A DNA stretch of 64,000 nt, from contig CM068747.1 in the NCBI GenBank assembly GCA_035084275.1, forward strand, positions 2,790,001 to 2,854,000, given 5' to 3'. Below are positions 59,801 through 64,000 of the stretch, piece by piece. The first letter of the stretch is position 1. Every line of letters starts with the position of its first letter. The stretch comes from Hydrolagus colliei. Taxonomy: Eukaryota. The position numbers and the translations under genes are program-made. The notes below the pieces were generated by a model. That model was not told the origin of the DNA, searched no databases, and saw only the letters and a list, made by a program, of their open reading frames with translations.

Positions 59801-60286
59801 TGCAATGTTGGGGGAGCTCTGCATTCTCGGAAGTGATGTCCTTTGAATGAACACTATCCCATCTCCCTGTTCAGATGCACATTGAAGAGTTCATCAACAC
59901 TATTCCAAAAAGAGGAGCAAGTTTTTTTTCCTGGCCAACAAAAACCCAAATGGCTCACAAGCACTTGTATAGCGCCTTGGGACGTACTCCCGATGTGAAA
60001 GGTGCTCTATAAATGTAATTTTGTTGTTGTTGTGAGTGAGTAACCCCAAGTTACTCACTACACTAGTACTTGTGAGTCATTTCGTAGTGCAAATTGTGTT
60101 TATTTACAAATACACAGTTGCAAGACTTTACGATACATCTTTGAAATATTTTTGAGATGATATATCTTTGAAATTATAAAAGTACTATATCAAATGCAAG
60201 ACTTATTATTAATTAATAAAGTTCCCATTTCTCATCATCCACAATTAGAGGTGTGCTTTTGGATTGAGATGAAGTACATTCTGGTA

Positions 60287-61622
60287 GGGCTGAAATTTTC
60301 CAGATAGTCAGTGTTTCCACTTGTATTCCAAGTGGAATCCCTACTGGATATAATGAAAGATAGGCATAAAATCTGGGGGAAAACCTCCCAGATTTTAGAG
60401 TTAGATCAATTGCACAATTTCCCTTTGGACAGAACCCTATTGTTCTGCCTAATTATCAGGCAATTGATCTAACCTACCCTCAAGTAACCTACCCTCAAAT
60501 TCTGCCATCATTTGAATTCAGAGCAGGTCTAAAGATCACATCTTTGCTGGTACAATATCTTCTTGTCTTTGTTGCAGTGTCTTTGACTGGGGTAGTATCA
60601 AGGATTTGTCTCTATGTGAGATCCAACAGGCGCATCAAAAGAGGGAGGAGTTCAGAAGGTTATGCGTCTAAATTGAAGGATTTACAAAAGTGGCGAATGA
60701 ATTTCTGTCGGCTTTGAAAAGGTCTGCCCAGTCAGACTGCAAATCTAATAGCAAACACTGAGAGTTTTCATGAATCCCACTTCTCGATCTGCTGGAAATT
60801 ATAGCTACCTTGAATTTTTAATTCTGCCGCAGGCCGCTCTCAAACTGCTGGTGGAGATTATGCTGGCATTGCTCAGAACGCAATGCCCAGTTGTATTAAA
60901 ATAACGATTGAGGCTTTCGTGCTGCATTCCTCATGCTTCATTCATTTCTCCAGGAACACTTACAACTGCTGAGGTGGCAGATTCATCGTACGTGCAGGAT
61001 TGGGTTCAACTTCATGCACGGAGATAAGGGCACCCTCTTGTGCAGAGTAGACTGAAGCGGTCAAATTATGATGCCTGGAGTTTGTATCAGGATCGTATCA
61101 CTCCGTTAGTAAAGTACCTGTTCAGATTTTGCTTTTGAGTTACATAGGAAATCTGAAGCTTTCCCTCCATGTGATTTATTTGTTGTAGCATCGTCTGAAG
61201 AGGATATCCGTGCAGCTGGCTGGTTCAATGGTGGACACAATTATGATCTGGAATTCTGGCTGATGAAGAAGTGGTGCAAAATACCCAGGAGTGAGTGTGG
61301 AATGGAATCACAACAAGCCACAACACACTGCCAGGACCAGTGATGGAGCATAAATTTGATAGCCGATGTCATGTCTTGATAGATTTTGGTGTCTGATTGG
61401 GCCTTATTGTACCATAAAGTGGAAAGGCAAACTTTACTTTGTGCAACATAATCTGATGATGTGGGCTGTATTCAGCATCAAATTGACAAGGAATGAATTT
61501 ATTCCATAAATTAGTGAATGAAACCTCTTGTTTTTGCTTCAGGCATCGGGAAAAAAGGCCTCACAGGGTAATAGCCCTGCTAATAGTTAAGCTCCAGGCA
61601 ATCATGTAATTGAAAACTGCCC
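60287..61622 (+). mobile_element. Decayed PIF/Harbinger DNA transposon with a transposase pseudogene
   Basis: Frame fragments SAAGRSQTAGGDYAGIAQNAMPSCIKITIEAFVLHSSCFIHF (60823-60948) and GWFNGGHNYDLEFWLMK (from 61218), then RFWCL, are colinear with HARBI1-type motifs. Ends are degenerate: GGGCTGAAATTTTC ... GAAAACTGCCC. Confidence 0.65.
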
Positions 61623-61859
61623 TATTCATTCTGGAACCTGAATGCTGTTAAAAGTGACAAAAGCATCCTTTTTTGAGTTACTGAACTGAACTGACATTCT
61701 AATGATGCTTACTACATGCTGGCCTTGAGTCGCGCTGTATACCAAAATATGTTCCGTTGTATATCGATAAATGTAAACTCAACTTCTAAACACATGAATT
61801 AAACTGGCAATAGAAAGAAAAATAATGTCACATGGTTCATTCACTGTACAAGAGGTGCA

Positions 61860-62038
61860 ATAATAATAATACATAATAATAATCCTTGCATTTGCTATAG
61901 CTCTTTCACGTCTTCTAGATTCTTAAAGCGCATCATGGAATATAGCGTAAAGTGGAGCAAGGAAGCTTGCCCAGTTTTGCCCTGCCAGGAATCAAACCTT
62001 GCAAGTCGAGTTCTCTAACCACTGAGCTACAGGATTCC
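61860..62038 (-). mobile_element. Internally deleted tRNA-headed SINE
   Basis: Tail (TAA)n, atccttgcattt..., joined to the head ...actgagctacaggattcc. Confidence 0.8.
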
Positions 62039-63794
62039 ATGACAGCATGTTGAGATTGGATGGGCCAAAGGCTCTTCTTGAAAACAGGGAGACAAGAGCT
62101 GATTTGAATCAGTTGGTGAATAGTTCTGGCCATTGTCTACAGCTTCTCATGTGCTTGCTCAGTGTCTTGCTCTGCTAGTCTGTGACTGTCTGTGTCTTTG
62201 ATTCTGTCACCCGCTGCGAGCACTTCAGGTTCCTGGGTCTTGTCCCACAGATGCCGGTTCCCTTTCTCCAGCTGCCGCACGGTCTGTCTCAGCTTCCTTC
62301 CTCGCTCCTCCTCTGCCTTGGGACGTCCTCCTGACATGAAAGACGCTATACAAATGTAATTTTGTTGCTGTTGTTGTTCGTACAGTTCGTACTGTTGTGC
62401 TCTGCAGAGCACAACAGCTTTCACGTCAGGACATAGCAAGGTGATGGACAATGAGGTGTTTGTACCCAAGCTGTGGGTTGGGATCAGACAGGAGCAATAG
62501 ACATTTAAGAGACTTTGCTGATGTCTGAAGAAAGCTTGAGAGAAGTTTATTCGCAGATTTATGAGATAATGCATCTAATTTTGTTTCCTAATACGTCCAA
62601 CCCAACCCTTTTCACGTGATATAAAAACACTATCGTTTTTTGTGTTTCAGTTAAAATATCAGCCGGCGCATTAATGATTCATTTGTTTTTATAGAGTGCC
62701 ATTTACAAAATAGACAACTTTTCAGACTTTTTTTTTTTACAGAAGGTTCAATGTCTACCTGATTATTTTAGACACACTGACTGGCATGAGGGTCATCCTA
62801 ACTGAGGTGCCCAACTGAGGTGTACACTCAAGCTGGCTGAAACCCCCGATCTATGAGAATTGTCCCCTTTAGCTAATGATTTCCACTTCCTTCCCTCAGA
62901 CTTCAAACATGCTTGATTGGGCACATGAGGTTGAATGCCAAGGGGATTTGCATTAATAGCCAAATAGTCTATATCTTAAACATTTAGCCTATTGCTGACT
63001 TGTTCAGTATAAATCGCGACGCAAAGATATGACACCGCACACGAATACATATGAAGGAACTTGAATCATGTTGCCAGCCTTCCTAATGAAATTCTATGCT
63101 TCCATCACGGTCTGGATTAAGTGCAGAGCTGAGATGGAACCATAGAACAATATACGGCCCCTTTAATTTCTGCATCATCTGGTAGTCCTTTTCTTTAAAC
63201 ATTCCTTCAGCCAACCCTGGTTTCAATTTAAATTACCTCTCCCCACTGCCCCCCCTCCCCTCCCCCCAAAAATAATCCTGTTACAATCTATCATTTGTAT
63301 ATATAAAATAACCGTTTTTCTTAAGGGCAAGGAAGCCTTCAGTCATTGTAAGGTCATAAGTCATTTTCTATAACAGTTTGTTACTGTTAATGGATGTGGC
63401 AGACACTGCTCATGGCCCACTTAAGCTTAAGAGCTGTGTAGCAACCAATCTTTTCTACGTTACTTTCCTCTTGAGAGATAGAGTTGCAGCAGTGAAGACA
63501 AGAAGACTTTTATATTGGTTACAGCCATTCAGAACCGAAGAATCTTATTTAGGAACTGTTGACATTTACAATCGGCCATGTAAAAGTCTCTCTTTTTTAA
63601 AAAGAAAATAAATGCCACCAACATTGCAAGAGATGTTGAATTGCTCACACAGCAAGGCAAATAATGGGCATGGTCATTATGAAAAATCTTGCATTTGAAA
63701 ACCAATTAGTGAAGCAATTCTTCTTTGAAGTGGCCATTCTCGAATACAATTAGGTCATGGAACTTTTCAATCTAGTTTATCAAGAAGAATGAAG

Positions 63795-64000
63795 AATAAT
63801 AATAATAATAATCATCATCCTTGCATTTGATATAGCGCTTTTCACAACTTCTAGACGTCTCAAAGCGCTTCACAGAATATAAAGCGAAGCGACTGCATAT
63901 TTGTGGGCAAAATACGGCAGCCAATTGCACACAGCAGTGTCCCATAAACAGTCGTGGATTGAAATGACCAATTTATTATTGTTTTTTCTTGAGAGTTTAT
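63795..64000 (-). mobile_element. SINE 3' half, cut by the window edge
   Basis: (TAA)n then catccttgcatttgatatagcgcttttcac...gacgtctcaaagcgcttcacagaat. Confidence 0.82.

Noticed and set aside
56903-64000. MAP2 non-coding 5' exons or promoter
   Set aside because: No CpG island or confidently bounded exon was found; they probably lie beyond the window.

Overview
Eukaryotic, vertebrate genomic DNA, most likely from a cartilaginous fish. This is inferred from the tRNA-headed Deu-type SINEs, L2/CR1 tails and the level of protein divergence. Two neuronal genes lie head-to-tail on the minus strand, in the same order as in mammals. The first is MAP2 with its complete coding region (ATG 56881 to TGA 11555). 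It has 17 coding exons reconstructed with GT-AG junctions and consistent phases, about 2308 aa with all cassettes included; its promoter and upstream 5'UTR exons were not located. The second is the 5' part of UNC80 (coding exons 1-7, 5573 to 421, continuing past the left edge) with its CpG-island promoter. The rest is intronic or intergenic sequence with SINEs, L2/CR1/RTE fragments, a hAT MITE nested in a SINE and a decayed Harbinger transposase. I found no clear-cut new biological system. The best leads are an extra in-frame MAP2 cassette exon, a three-uAUG cluster overlapping the UNC80 start codon, a CAG|GTAAGT recursive or poison splice site in UNC80, degenerate ~45-aa repeats in the MAP2 projection domain, and a recurrent ~60-nt tail-only retroposon. 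Protein identifications rest on recalled human sequences; no database search was run.
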